From the NCBI GenBank assembly GCA_019058295.1, contig JAHPZI010000018.1, positions 2,134 to 66,133 of the forward strand: a stretch of 64,000 nt of DNA, in the 5' to 3' direction. Of this stretch, positions 28,867-37,662 are shown piece by piece. Every line of letters starts with the position of its first letter. Within the stretch, counting starts at the first letter, position 1. This stretch comes from Promethearchaeota archaeon. Its GTDB lineage: Archaea > Asgardarchaeota > Lokiarchaeia > Sigyniarchaeales > SOKP01. The notes under the pieces were generated by a model that was not told the origin of the DNA, did not search any database, and saw only the letters and a list, made by a program, of their open reading frames with translations. The translations under genes were made by a program, and so were the position numbers.

Positions 28867-30903
28867 TCATTTATTTGCTATTTCATGAGCTTTTGCGTTA
28901 AGCGGTAATAAAGGTGCACATGCCATAAGTTTATTAACATCTCCTTCTACGATATATGTTCCTGCCATCGTTGCTTGAATCGGATCTGACTCTCCCGAAT
29001 TAACCTTTTGGATGGTGGCAAAATCCGTTTTATGAATAATTTTTGGGGCGTCAGGTCCTGAATATTCACCCATCCCCCAATCCATCTTATCTTTATCAAC
29101 AAATTGCCAGTAATTCATTTCAGGTTTATCACTTATATTATATTGAAAGATTAATGGAGCAATAGGTTCTAATAAAGGCTTTAAATCCGGCAATTCATTA
29201 TAAGCTTTCATGAAACGCATAAGATATGCTTCCCATTCTTCCTTTGTATCCAATTTAATTATCACCTCCTTTAATTTTTGTTTTTCGTCTAATTTAGATT
29301 CTTTATTTACTTCTCCCACCTTTTTTACCTTCTGAGAGATGAGTTCAGTACTTAACGGGAGAGATGTTATATATTCAATCTCATCTCCCGTCATATATTG
29401 ATTTATATTAATATTCTTTTTAATTAAAAAATCGATATAATCATGTTTAAACGGTTGAGGAACTAATTCAATTATTATAGCTATCAATAAATCCTTAGTT
29501 ACCCTCTTTAATTCTTGCTTTTCTGCAGTTCTTTCTGCAGTAAATCCAATTCCCTTGGTTGCAGCCTCATGCATCTCTCTGGGAATTAGGTCCATTACTT
29601 CTTTCAAAAATTTTTTTGCATCATTATCCCAAGGAATCCCAAAATATGTTCCTATTTCGGCTGATTTAACAGGACTTTTAAGTTTTCGCTCTTCTTTGGA
29701 TAAAAACATATCTCCTGTATTTAGATATTTTAAGAGATATGCCATATATTCCTTATATGATTCTGTAATTCCTCCTTCAGGTTGAGAATAAGCTATTTTT
29801 GTTAGACTATGACAATAAAAACATGTGATTCCACAAGTTTCTACGCATCTAGCACCTCTATGTGGCATATTTTCAATGAATGTAGTCAGCTTGTTCCCAT
29901 CTAATACTGCATCAAATTCGGGCACGCTTAACAGTAGACTTTGGTTATCCGTGTCAGTTCCCATTTTAACTTGCCTAGCGGAAAATTCATTGAATTGATT
30001 ACCAGCTAAAATTAACGGATCAGATTCGAATGAATAACCATTAAAAATTTTACCGAGGTTACCATTGGAATTCTTATAACTATAAGCTTTTAATGCATTA
30101 AATAACCATTTGGTCCCATATCTCCTTCCAGATATCTTAAAATAATCAATACCAATCTCAATATATTTATCAAGATCTGCTGGTTGAATCCATTTAGACA
30201 TTACTATCTGTTCTTGATTAAAACATTTTTGATTCTGACAGGCAATAGTAGCCCAATCATTATAATATCCTTCTAAACAATCATGGGTTTGGCTTGCGTG
30301 GGAGCATTCAGTATAATGAAAAAAACGAAAAGGGCATTCATTAAGACAGCAATCGTTAGTCAATAATTCTATATCACACTTTACTGCTTTTCTAATTTCT
30401 TCTAAAAGGGGAAAATTACGATTAAGCATTATAGATAAAGTCAATACACCATCAGTACCAATTATTTCTTCCCATTCCAAAGCCCGGGTAAGAGAATTGA
30501 CTTCAGCTATTACAGAAACCTTTAATTTTAATTTAGGATGATAGGTTTTAGCAAATTGAGCGAGATAAGGATCTGTAACTGTTAAATATTCTACGCCCAA
30601 ATCATCTAACCAGTCTAATTCGTATAGTGCTTTTGTTTGTTCTTTGGAATTAAATTTATAATATCCAAGACACTCACCATTCCATAGCCATGTAAATTTG
30701 AAATTTAAATCATGAACTTTATTAATAAATTTTTCAATTTCAGCTTTATCTCGTTTAGCCATTAAAAAAAAGGGTCGCCCAGATCCAGTGAAACTCATGT
30801 CGGAAGCGCCATAAAAATCATTTATAGTTTTCATTAAATGATTATCATTTTCTATGAGAGTCAATAAATCTATTTTCCAATTGCATGCTAATGATATTCT
30901 CAA
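28867..30903 (-). CDS. U32-family-like protein fused to an internal PCP_red-like domain and a C-terminal SCP2 lipid-binding domain
   Basis: 678 aa. Residues 1-300 are U32-like (SGRPFFLM, NDCCLNECPFRFFHY..HASQT, YFKISGRRYGTKW). 4-Cys motif CVETCGITCFYC at ~353-364. Residues ~422-495 are PCP_red-like (IPWDNDAKKFLKEVMDLIPREMH...AERTAEK...PQPFKHDYIDFL). Residues ~555-670 are SCP2-like (DFATIQKVNSGESDPIQATMAGTYIVEGDVNKLMACAPLL). Confidence 0.6.
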   Translation of the reverse strand: MRISLACNWKIDLLTLIENDNHLMKTINDFYGASDMSFTGSGRPFFLMAKRDKAEIEKFINKVHDLNFKFTWLWNGECLGYYKFNSKEQTKALYELDWLDDLGVEYLTVTDPYLAQFAKTYHPKLKLKVSVIAEVNSLTRALEWEEIIGTDGVLTLSIMLNRNFPLLEEIRKAVKCDIELLTNDCCLNECPFRFFHYTECSHASQTHDCLEGYYNDWATIACQNQKCFNQEQIVMSKWIQPADLDKYIEIGIDYFKISGRRYGTKWLFNALKAYSYKNSNGNLGKIFNGYSFESDPLILAGNQFNEFSARQVKMGTDTDNQSLLLSVPEFDAVLDGNKLTTFIENMPHRGARCVETCGITCFYCHSLTKIAYSQPEGGITESYKEYMAYLLKYLNTGDMFLSKEERKLKSPVKSAEIGTYFGIPWDNDAKKFLKEVMDLIPREMHEAATKGIGFTAERTAEKQELKRVTKDLLIAIIIELVPQPFKHDYIDFLIKKNININQYMTGDEIEYITSLPLSTELISQKVKKVGEVNKESKLDEKQKLKEVIIKLDTKEEWEAYLMRFMKAYNELPDLKPLLEPIAPLIFQYNISDKPEMNYWQFVDKDKMDWGMGEYSGPDAPKIIHKTDFATIQKVNSGESDPIQATMAGTYIVEGDVNKLMACAPLLPLNAKAHEIANK

Positions 30904-30907
30904 AATT

Positions 30908-31969
30908 TCACCTCTGTATTACTCCATTTTCCATAATTTTCATTTTTTCATCTATTAATCTTAAGATTTTAGCTTTCTCTTCTGCATTTCCATTCCTTAG
31001 CTTTTTGGAAAATTCAATGCAATAATTATTTATTTCCTTTTCTGAAGGATAGTGAGAATCATAAGAGTAATTATTGCAAAATTCATTAACAATTTCAGAT
31101 TTCAACTCAAATAGAGAATTTTTAACATTATCATAAGGCCAGAATTCACCATAAGGTTGAGGAATATTGATAAATTCATTAAAGTTAACTTTTAATTCTC
31201 TTTGGGTGTAGCTTCTAATTATTTCAATTATTTTTTTAGAAGTAAATCCCCCAGTATATAGAGAAAATGTATTATATCCAAGATCTTCATACAATTTTAT
31301 ATTACTTGGTGAAATCCATCCAGCTTTCAAGAGATTTTCAGGTTTCTCTAACCTTTTTTTCCAGCAGTAGAGTAGTGGGTAATCAAACTCATCTTCAACA
31401 TCGGATAATTCTTCTTGATTTGAAAAAACAGGGGAACCTATTGTTCTATGACTTTGTAAGTTATGATGTTGATACCAATGAATACACCCCCAATTACACC
31501 CAATATTCAATGGTAAGATATAATCAAGATCTTCAGATCCTTTAAATTTGTTCTTAAGCTTAATAAAATTTTCTAATACTTTAAAATATCTCAAGATATC
31601 AGGATTTAAAATAATAATATCAGCACCAATTTCAAAAAAGATTTTCCCACGATTTAATGAAGTGACACATTGTGAATATGATAAGTAAATTTTCATCATT
31701 GGAGCATTTTCTTTAAAAAATCCAATATTATTTGGAGATGATAATAATACATCTTTGTATCCCAACTTCTTTAAATTTTGAATTAAATCTTTTGTAGCTC
31801 TATATTGTTGAAAATGAGCTTCTAAATTCCCTTGACAAGTTGAATCCAAACCTGCTATTGGAATTATTCCGTTTTCTTGAATTATTTTAGTATATTCTTC
31901 AAATTCTTTAATTGATGGGAGATTTCTTGGAAGAAATATTGAACTATTCCCAATAGGATTTTGTGGCAC
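30908..31969 (-). CDS. Divergent U32-family-like protein (third paralog); N-terminus probably extends upstream
   Basis: GTG start in the ORF track. Core blocks ILPLNIGCNWGCIHWYQHH..SH and WISPSNIKLYEDLGYNTF parallel the two neighbours. The frame stays open to 32089 and encodes FRIKFIIDGDYHKDLIALINKEKLPVSHIIVH, which aligns with the paralog N-termini. Confidence 0.5.
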   Translation of the reverse strand: MPQNPIGNSSIFLPRNLPSIKEFEEYTKIIQENGIIPIAGLDSTCQGNLEAHFQQYRATKDLIQNLKKLGYKDVLLSSPNNIGFFKENAPMMKIYLSYSQCVTSLNRGKIFFEIGADIIILNPDILRYFKVLENFIKLKNKFKGSEDLDYILPLNIGCNWGCIHWYQHHNLQSHRTIGSPVFSNQEELSDVEDEFDYPLLYCWKKRLEKPENLLKAGWISPSNIKLYEDLGYNTFSLYTGGFTSKKIIEIIRSYTQRELKVNFNEFINIPQPYGEFWPYDNVKNSLFELKSEIVNEFCNNYSYDSHYPSEKEINNYCIEFSKKLRNGNAEEKAKILRLIDEKMKIMENGVIQR

Positions 31970-32101
31970 GTGAACAATAATATGACTAACTGGTAATTTC
32001 TCTTTATTAATAAGAGCAATTAAATCCTTATGATAATCTCCATCAATTATAAATTTTATTCTAAAATCACTTTTTCTGTTTTTATCTTTTTAAAAAAAAA
32101 T

Positions 32102-33274
32102 TTAATTATAAGATTCAAGTCCCGCCTTACAACCCATTGATAAAAAGTCTACCATCGTGCCGTTATAATCGTTCTCAATCTTGTAATAAAATCCTTTTTG
32201 AGAGAATGTAGCGCCCCAAATAAATTTCTTAGAATCGCTTTGGAGAGGTGTTTTTTCTATGAAATCCCTCATTAAAGGATGAAGATGGGAAGGAACTTCT
32301 TTTGGATAATCACATGTGATCCCAAAACATAGTCGCTCGATTTTATTTGAATCCCAACTAAAAGTATAGTTAAGATGTGCTGCTTTACGACATCCCTCCA
32401 TCACCTCTTTGGACGCAGGCTCGAATCCTAGATCTTTCACCAGTGAAACGCAACTCTCATAAGAAGACTCAGCTGGTTGTTTAAGCATGAAATAAATATT
32501 AGTCGTATTATGAAGGAAATCGAATGCAAAAAGACTAAATGAGGTTAATCCATGCTTATTGAAGTAATCCTTATATGCGTTCATACTCTCTGGAATTGAT
32601 TTCATGGAATAAATTGGATCAATTGAACCGGGCACAACAAATGGCCAAATTTTTGATAACCCAGTTTCTGCATCAACATCTACTCCATATCCCATTATCT
32701 CGAATGAATTTATAGCTTCAACAATCATTTTATGGATAGGATGTCCATTTTTTTCTAGTAATCCTTCATTAATTGCAGTTGTATATGGGTCTGGATTATG
32801 AGGGATAAAAAATTCAACATATCTTACCGCTACATCTCTTTTTCCAATGGGTTTAGCGGTGGTTCTTATGGATACGGGAGCTCCTCTAAAAAACTTTTCA
32901 TAAGTATTAAAGGATTTCCAAATTGCATCCTTATTACATTTTACACCAGCGATATCGCAAATTTTAGCCATATCTTCAACCATTTTATTAAGATCGGTAT
33001 TACATTTAAAATCACTTTTCACTTTAGCCATATATCTATCATAGTCCACTCCAAGTTTAGTTAAGTCCTCAATCATTGTTGGTTGAAATGCAGGTGGCGT
33101 TACTTCAAACAACGCAACTACTAAATCAACTTCTGCGACTTCTGTTCCACTTCTTTCCATACATTTTTTTTCTGCTCCTTCGAGGAGTGCAGGTTTTACG
33201 GCGGGGCGTACCATCTCAGGTACTCCTAATAACACTTTTTCAAAAAGTTGTTTTACTTCTGGTTGCCATTCCAT
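32102..33274 (-). CDS. PCP_red-like N-terminal domain fused to an ABBA-fold aromatic prenyltransferase (NphB/CloQ/Orf2 family)-like domain
   Basis: 390 aa. Residues 1-85 are MEWQPEVKQLFEKVLLGVPEMVRPAVKP...AEKKC...TPPAFQPTMIEDLTKLGVDYDRY. The remainder shows blocks I recall from NphB: PDPYTTAINEGLL..NGHPI (cf. GDPYATVVEKGLF..TGHPV), TNIYF (cf. VNLYF), NKIERLCFGI (cf. GKIDRLCFAV) and GFYYKIENDY (cf. EEYYKLGAYY). Confidence 0.65.
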   Translation of the reverse strand: MEWQPEVKQLFEKVLLGVPEMVRPAVKPALLEGAEKKCMERSGTEVAEVDLVVALFEVTPPAFQPTMIEDLTKLGVDYDRYMAKVKSDFKCNTDLNKMVEDMAKICDIAGVKCNKDAIWKSFNTYEKFFRGAPVSIRTTAKPIGKRDVAVRYVEFFIPHNPDPYTTAINEGLLEKNGHPIHKMIVEAINSFEIMGYGVDVDAETGLSKIWPFVVPGSIDPIYSMKSIPESMNAYKDYFNKHGLTSFSLFAFDFLHNTTNIYFMLKQPAESSYESCVSLVKDLGFEPASKEVMEGCRKAAHLNYTFSWDSNKIERLCFGITCDYPKEVPSHLHPLMRDFIEKTPLQSDSKKFIWGATFSQKGFYYKIENDYNGTMVDFLSMGCKAGLESYN

Positions 33275-33313
33275 TATGTTCTACCTCTTTTTTTTTTTTA
33301 TTTTTTTTTTTAT

Positions 33314-34738
33314 TTATTGTAAATATTTAGCAAATTGAACTTGGCTCATTTCTGCAAATCCCTCTGGATTATTAAAACCAAGCCCAGGCATCATCCATCT
33401 TGGATTTGATTCCCCATACTTTCTTACTATTTGAAATAGATCTACTTCCTTGATTTTTGGGGAAATATAAAATTTAGGTTTTAAGAGATTTTCTCCTTTT
33501 TGGATAACCCCTTCTTCTTCAGCAATTTGCTGAAGAATTGTATGAGGATAAATTCTCATACCTATAAAGATGATTACATCTCCATCGCCTTGCCATAAAT
33601 TTCCTTGATAACTCTCCATAGTCTCAAGTCGATCTAAAGAAACTTGGATTGTTTCTAGAGTTTCTCCTGGACCTCCAACAATAACATGCAATAATTGCTC
33701 AATTTCCAAATCTATACACTTCTTTGACGTAAGAATCGCGTCATCTGGAGATCTCGATTTATTCATATTTTTTAACATCTCTTCTGAGAGAGATTCGATA
33801 CCAGTTGCAAAATGAACCGCACCACTCTCTTTCATGAGAGGCATTAAATCTATAAATTTTTTGTTGGGGACATAATTTACGCCCCAGTTTAGGGCTATTT
33901 TATTATTAATTATTTCTTGACAGGTATTTTTTACGTGATTATAATCCAAATTGAAAACACTGTCCACGATAAATATATTTTTAATTCCGTAATTATTTAC
34001 AATTAAATCGAGTTCTTTAGCAATATTTCCGGGGGATCTATATCGAACATTAGAATCCTCAATATACCTATAACTACAGTAAATGCATTTCATAGGACAA
34101 CCACGTTTAGTTTGAATATTACCCCAAACTGGACCTGATTTATTCATTGGATCTATAAGATAGGCATCATTTTCCAGCAATTCCCTTGTTGGTATTGGGA
34201 GATCATCTAGATTCTCAACCCGCCAAGGTGGTTTATGATGATATTTTCCTTTTTGATCTATAAAACAAATACCCTTCTCAATTGTTCTAGGATCGTCATC
34301 GTTTTCAATCTTTTTTAAAAATTCCGCAAAGACATATTCACCATCCCCAATTACCCCTATATTATGATTTAAATCTCTAAGAATTTCCTCTGAAAAAATT
34401 GAAAAACCAGCACCTCCTAACACAATTGGAATTTCCGGTTCTACAAGTTCTTTAATATATAAAATAATATTTTTTACTGGTAAGTAAAAGAATAGATTTC
34501 CCGGGTATGTTGTTGAGTCAACATTACGAATTGAAATCCCTATTAAATGAGGATTAAAATCATAAATTACTTTTGAAACATCTTTTTTATAATCATTACT
34601 AAGAGTTAAATCAAGCAATTTAACCTCATGACCTTGACTAAGAAGGTAAGCTGCAAGATATGCTTCTCCTAAGGGAGGGACCATAACATGAACAATCTCC
34701 CTACTCCCAGAGATTATTAATACACGCAATTTAATCAC
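33314..34738 (-). CDS. Class B (B12-binding-domain) radical SAM enzyme
   Basis: 474 aa. N-terminal Rossmann-like B12-type domain (PPLGEAYLAAYLLSQGHEVKLLD...LIGISI...VLGGAG...VIGDGE), then KRGCPMKCIYCSY (CxxxCxxC). Confidence 0.8.
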   Translation of the reverse strand: MIKLRVLIISGSREIVHVMVPPLGEAYLAAYLLSQGHEVKLLDLTLSNDYKKDVSKVIYDFNPHLIGISIRNVDSTTYPGNLFFYLPVKNIILYIKELVEPEIPIVLGGAGFSIFSEEILRDLNHNIGVIGDGEYVFAEFLKKIENDDDPRTIEKGICFIDQKGKYHHKPPWRVENLDDLPIPTRELLENDAYLIDPMNKSGPVWGNIQTKRGCPMKCIYCSYRYIEDSNVRYRSPGNIAKELDLIVNNYGIKNIFIVDSVFNLDYNHVKNTCQEIINNKIALNWGVNYVPNKKFIDLMPLMKESGAVHFATGIESLSEEMLKNMNKSRSPDDAILTSKKCIDLEIEQLLHVIVGGPGETLETIQVSLDRLETMESYQGNLWQGDGDVIIFIGMRIYPHTILQQIAEEEGVIQKGENLLKPKFYISPKIKEVDLFQIVRKYGESNPRWMMPGLGFNNPEGFAEMSQVQFAKYLQ

Positions 34739-34761
34739 TCTTAGTCTTTACAAATTTAATT

Positions 34762-36174
34762 TCATTCAATTAATTCGATTTCTTCTTCAATTTCTTCTTT
34801 TTGAGAAACATCAACTTCATGTTCATGATCATTTTCATGCCAGCAGAACGGAAACGATCCAAAGAAATCACCCGTGATATATTCCGCAGTTACACGACAT
34901 CCCCCACCGCAATATTTTAAATGATGGCAAGAGGCACATTTTCCTTTAATCTTCTTTCTATCACGAATATCCCTGTAGAGCTGTGAATTTAATACATCTT
35001 CAAAATCATCCTCCAATGCATTACCAAGAGTCAATGTTGTAGGATATCCCGCAGGGAATATTGTTCCATCTATACCAATTCCCATCATTGTCCTACAAGC
35101 TAAACAACCTACTCCCCATTCAATCGCTGCCAATTCTTTATCATTTTTTGGATGTTCCATAAAGGGCATCATATCATATATTTCATAAGCAGGTAATGTA
35201 CCTGCCTTACCTTTCCTTATCGTCTCAATAGCATGTTTGTATTTGAAATCATACATTTTTTTATATTCTTCTGAATTAAGACCGATTTCATCCCAAAATT
35301 CAGCAGCCCGATTTTGTTTCACTACACATCGAAAATATGGTTGTGATCCCCATTTTTCTGATAATATTTTAATCTCTTCTAATTCATCAATGTTTTGCTT
35401 CATAATTGTAATTGAAGAGCATACAAATATTCCATATTTCAAACAAAGATCTATTGCTTTCTTAGCATAATCTAAGGAATTGGGAAACCCACGAATCTCA
35501 TCATTTTTCTTAGGATCAACACTGTCAAAACTAACAAATATATGACTAATATTGTTATCTTTACACATTTTGGCGAAATCTTCATCGAATCTCACTCCAT
35601 TGGTGATAAGAGCGTGAATATAATCCTTCTCTTTACAAAATCTCATAATCTCACCAATGTCTTTTCTCAAAGTGGGCTCACCACCAAACCATATAAAGCA
35701 GGCATGTCTTCCTTGTTTTCGCAAACCTGTTTCAACATTTTCTATTATTTGACACCATTTCTCTGCTGATAATTCTGGCCGTGCTATTTGATCATCCGCA
35801 GCACAGTGAATACATTTTTGATTACATTTGTCAGTCAAATACATGGCAAAGTGTATATTTCCGGGATGAAACCCCCGCTCTAGTTTTTGCCATGAAACCT
35901 TCAATCGATCCTTGATTTCCTTCAGTTCTATATAACGTTCGACATCAATTCCTAATTTTGTTAAATCTTCTACCATTATTGATTTAAATGCTTCAGGAAT
36001 TATGTCAAAAATACCCAGAACAACATCAGCATCATTAATATAAGCAGCATTCCGATCAAGACATCTTTTTTCTGCAGCCTCTATGATTAATGGTTTCACG
36101 GAAGGACGAAATCCTTGTGGCATTTGTTCTACTATTCTACCAAATAATTTCTGTGTCTCCTTTTCCCATTCCAT
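34762..36174 (-). CDS. PCP_red-like domain + radical SAM + SPASM-domain enzyme
   Basis: 470 aa. N-terminus MEWEKETQKLFGRIVEQMPQGFRPSVKP...AEKRC...IPEAFKSIMVEDLTKLGIDVERY. TDKCNQKCIHCAA (CxxxCxxC). GGEPT. SPASM Cys blocks GVGCLACR... and GKCASCHHLKYCGGGC. Tail PFCWHENDHEHE. Confidence 0.8.
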   Translation of the reverse strand: MEWEKETQKLFGRIVEQMPQGFRPSVKPLIIEAAEKRCLDRNAAYINDADVVLGIFDIIPEAFKSIMVEDLTKLGIDVERYIELKEIKDRLKVSWQKLERGFHPGNIHFAMYLTDKCNQKCIHCAADDQIARPELSAEKWCQIIENVETGLRKQGRHACFIWFGGEPTLRKDIGEIMRFCKEKDYIHALITNGVRFDEDFAKMCKDNNISHIFVSFDSVDPKKNDEIRGFPNSLDYAKKAIDLCLKYGIFVCSSITIMKQNIDELEEIKILSEKWGSQPYFRCVVKQNRAAEFWDEIGLNSEEYKKMYDFKYKHAIETIRKGKAGTLPAYEIYDMMPFMEHPKNDKELAAIEWGVGCLACRTMMGIGIDGTIFPAGYPTTLTLGNALEDDFEDVLNSQLYRDIRDRKKIKGKCASCHHLKYCGGGCRVTAEYITGDFFGSFPFCWHENDHEHEVDVSQKEEIEEEIELIE

Positions 36175-36186
36175 AGAATTTCACCT

Positions 36187-37554
36187 TTAAGCACAATTAT
36201 CATGCTCATGGTCATCATCATGCCAACAAAACGGGAGCTCAGCTAGAAAATCACCAGTTACGGTTTCAGCATGGACCCTACAACCCCCACCACATAAGTC
36301 AAGATGATGACAAGTAGAGCATTTCCCTTTTATTTTTCGATCTCTAATTTTTTTAAACATTTCGGTTTCCATAATTTCATCCCAACTTTGCTCAAGAATG
36401 TTGCCTAAGATTAAATCAGAAGGATAATCACAAGGGAATACATCTCCATTGGTATCAATCCCAGAAATTGAGCGGCAAGCTTGGCATCCTGTGCCCCATT
36501 CGATCGCAGTCCTTTCTTCATCATTTACAGGACACTCCATAAATGGCACCATATCCCATGTATAGAATTTATTAAGCGATGAAGCTTCTCCTTTTCTGAT
36601 AGCTTCTATAGCATGTTTATATTTGAAATCATAGAATTGTCGATATTCATCCATATTTAAGCCAATTTCGTCCCAATTTAAATCGGCCGAACGTTGTTTG
36701 ATCAGGGGTCTGTAAAAGGGAGTTACTCCTCTAGAGTTAAAATATTCCCTTAATTTATCTAATTCATCAAAGTTCTCTTTTTGTGCAGTTACATTAGCAA
36801 TTGTAAAAAGTCCATATTTTGCAGCTAAATCTAACGCTTTTTCCCCTGCTTCGTATGCTTTTGGGTGCCCTCTAATTTTTGCAGCCCGTTTGGGATCTGT
36901 ACTATCATAACTAATAAAAACATGGCTCATTTTAGCATCTGCGCATATTTTCGCCAATTCATCATTAAATAAAATTCCATTGGTCGCAAGTGATTGATAA
37001 TAACCCTTCTCACCGCAATATTTAATTAAATCTTTAAGATCTTTACGAATTGTAGGCTCCCCGCCAAACCATATATAACATCCTCGACGACCACGTTTTC
37101 GTAAGCTTTGTTCAAGATCCTCAATAATTTCAATCCATGTTTCAATGGGTAATTCTGGACGTTTATCCATTACCGAAGCAGCACAATGAAGACAATTTTG
37201 ATTGCATCGGTCAGTGAGATATATAGTAAAATGATAAACCCCGGGTAAAAAGGCACCACTAATTTCATCCCATGTACGTGCATATTTTGTTCTAATTTCT
37301 GATAATTTTACATAGCGATCTGTATCAATATCTAATTTTTTTAAATCTTCGACTACTGCTGGTTGAAATGCCTCGGGTGTTATCTCAAATAGTGCAGAAA
37401 GCAAATCATCTTCACTTACAAATCCAGAATTCCTAAGTCGTGCTGTTTTTTCAGCAGCTTCTCGCAACATAGGCTTAACAGAAGCACGAAATGCCTCAGG
37501 TACTTGATCTGTGATTTTTCCAAACATTTGTTCCATTTCTATATTCCATTCCAT
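36187..37554 (-). CDS. PCP_red-like domain + radical SAM + SPASM-domain enzyme (paralog)
   Basis: 455 aa. Same architecture: TDRCNQNCLHCAA, GGEPT, GTGCQACR, GKCSTCHHLDLCGGGC, tail PFCWHDDDHEHD. Confidence 0.8.
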   Translation of the reverse strand: MEWNIEMEQMFGKITDQVPEAFRASVKPMLREAAEKTARLRNSGFVSEDDLLSALFEITPEAFQPAVVEDLKKLDIDTDRYVKLSEIRTKYARTWDEISGAFLPGVYHFTIYLTDRCNQNCLHCAASVMDKRPELPIETWIEIIEDLEQSLRKRGRRGCYIWFGGEPTIRKDLKDLIKYCGEKGYYQSLATNGILFNDELAKICADAKMSHVFISYDSTDPKRAAKIRGHPKAYEAGEKALDLAAKYGLFTIANVTAQKENFDELDKLREYFNSRGVTPFYRPLIKQRSADLNWDEIGLNMDEYRQFYDFKYKHAIEAIRKGEASSLNKFYTWDMVPFMECPVNDEERTAIEWGTGCQACRSISGIDTNGDVFPCDYPSDLILGNILEQSWDEIMETEMFKKIRDRKIKGKCSTCHHLDLCGGGCRVHAETVTGDFLAELPFCWHDDDHEHDNCA

Positions 37555-37662
37555 ATTTTTTTCACCTTATTATGATTTTTTACTCTCTTTTTTCTAAAAA
37601 TAATTCATTTTTAAGTTTAAATTGCAAATTAATTTTAAAATCATAGGTAATAACAAATTTTA

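Noticed and set aside
33275-33313. Long homopolymer tracts (T12 and T11 on the plus strand, poly-A on the coding strand) between the rSAM and prenyltransferase genes
   Set aside because: Probably just an A-rich spacer ahead of the GAGGT ribosome-binding motif of 32102..33274. As a T-run it would terminate only plus-strand transcription, and no plus-strand gene reads into it.
37594-37644. 16-codon ORF (MILKLICNLNLKMNYF) in the spacer upstream of the rSAM-SPASM genes, considered as a RiPP precursor. A second, 13-codon ORF sits in the 38347-38474 spacer.
   Set aside because: Neither has a ribosome-binding motif or a recognisable leader/core organisation. ORFs this short are expected by chance in AT-rich spacers. 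I cannot exclude them, but there is no positive evidence.
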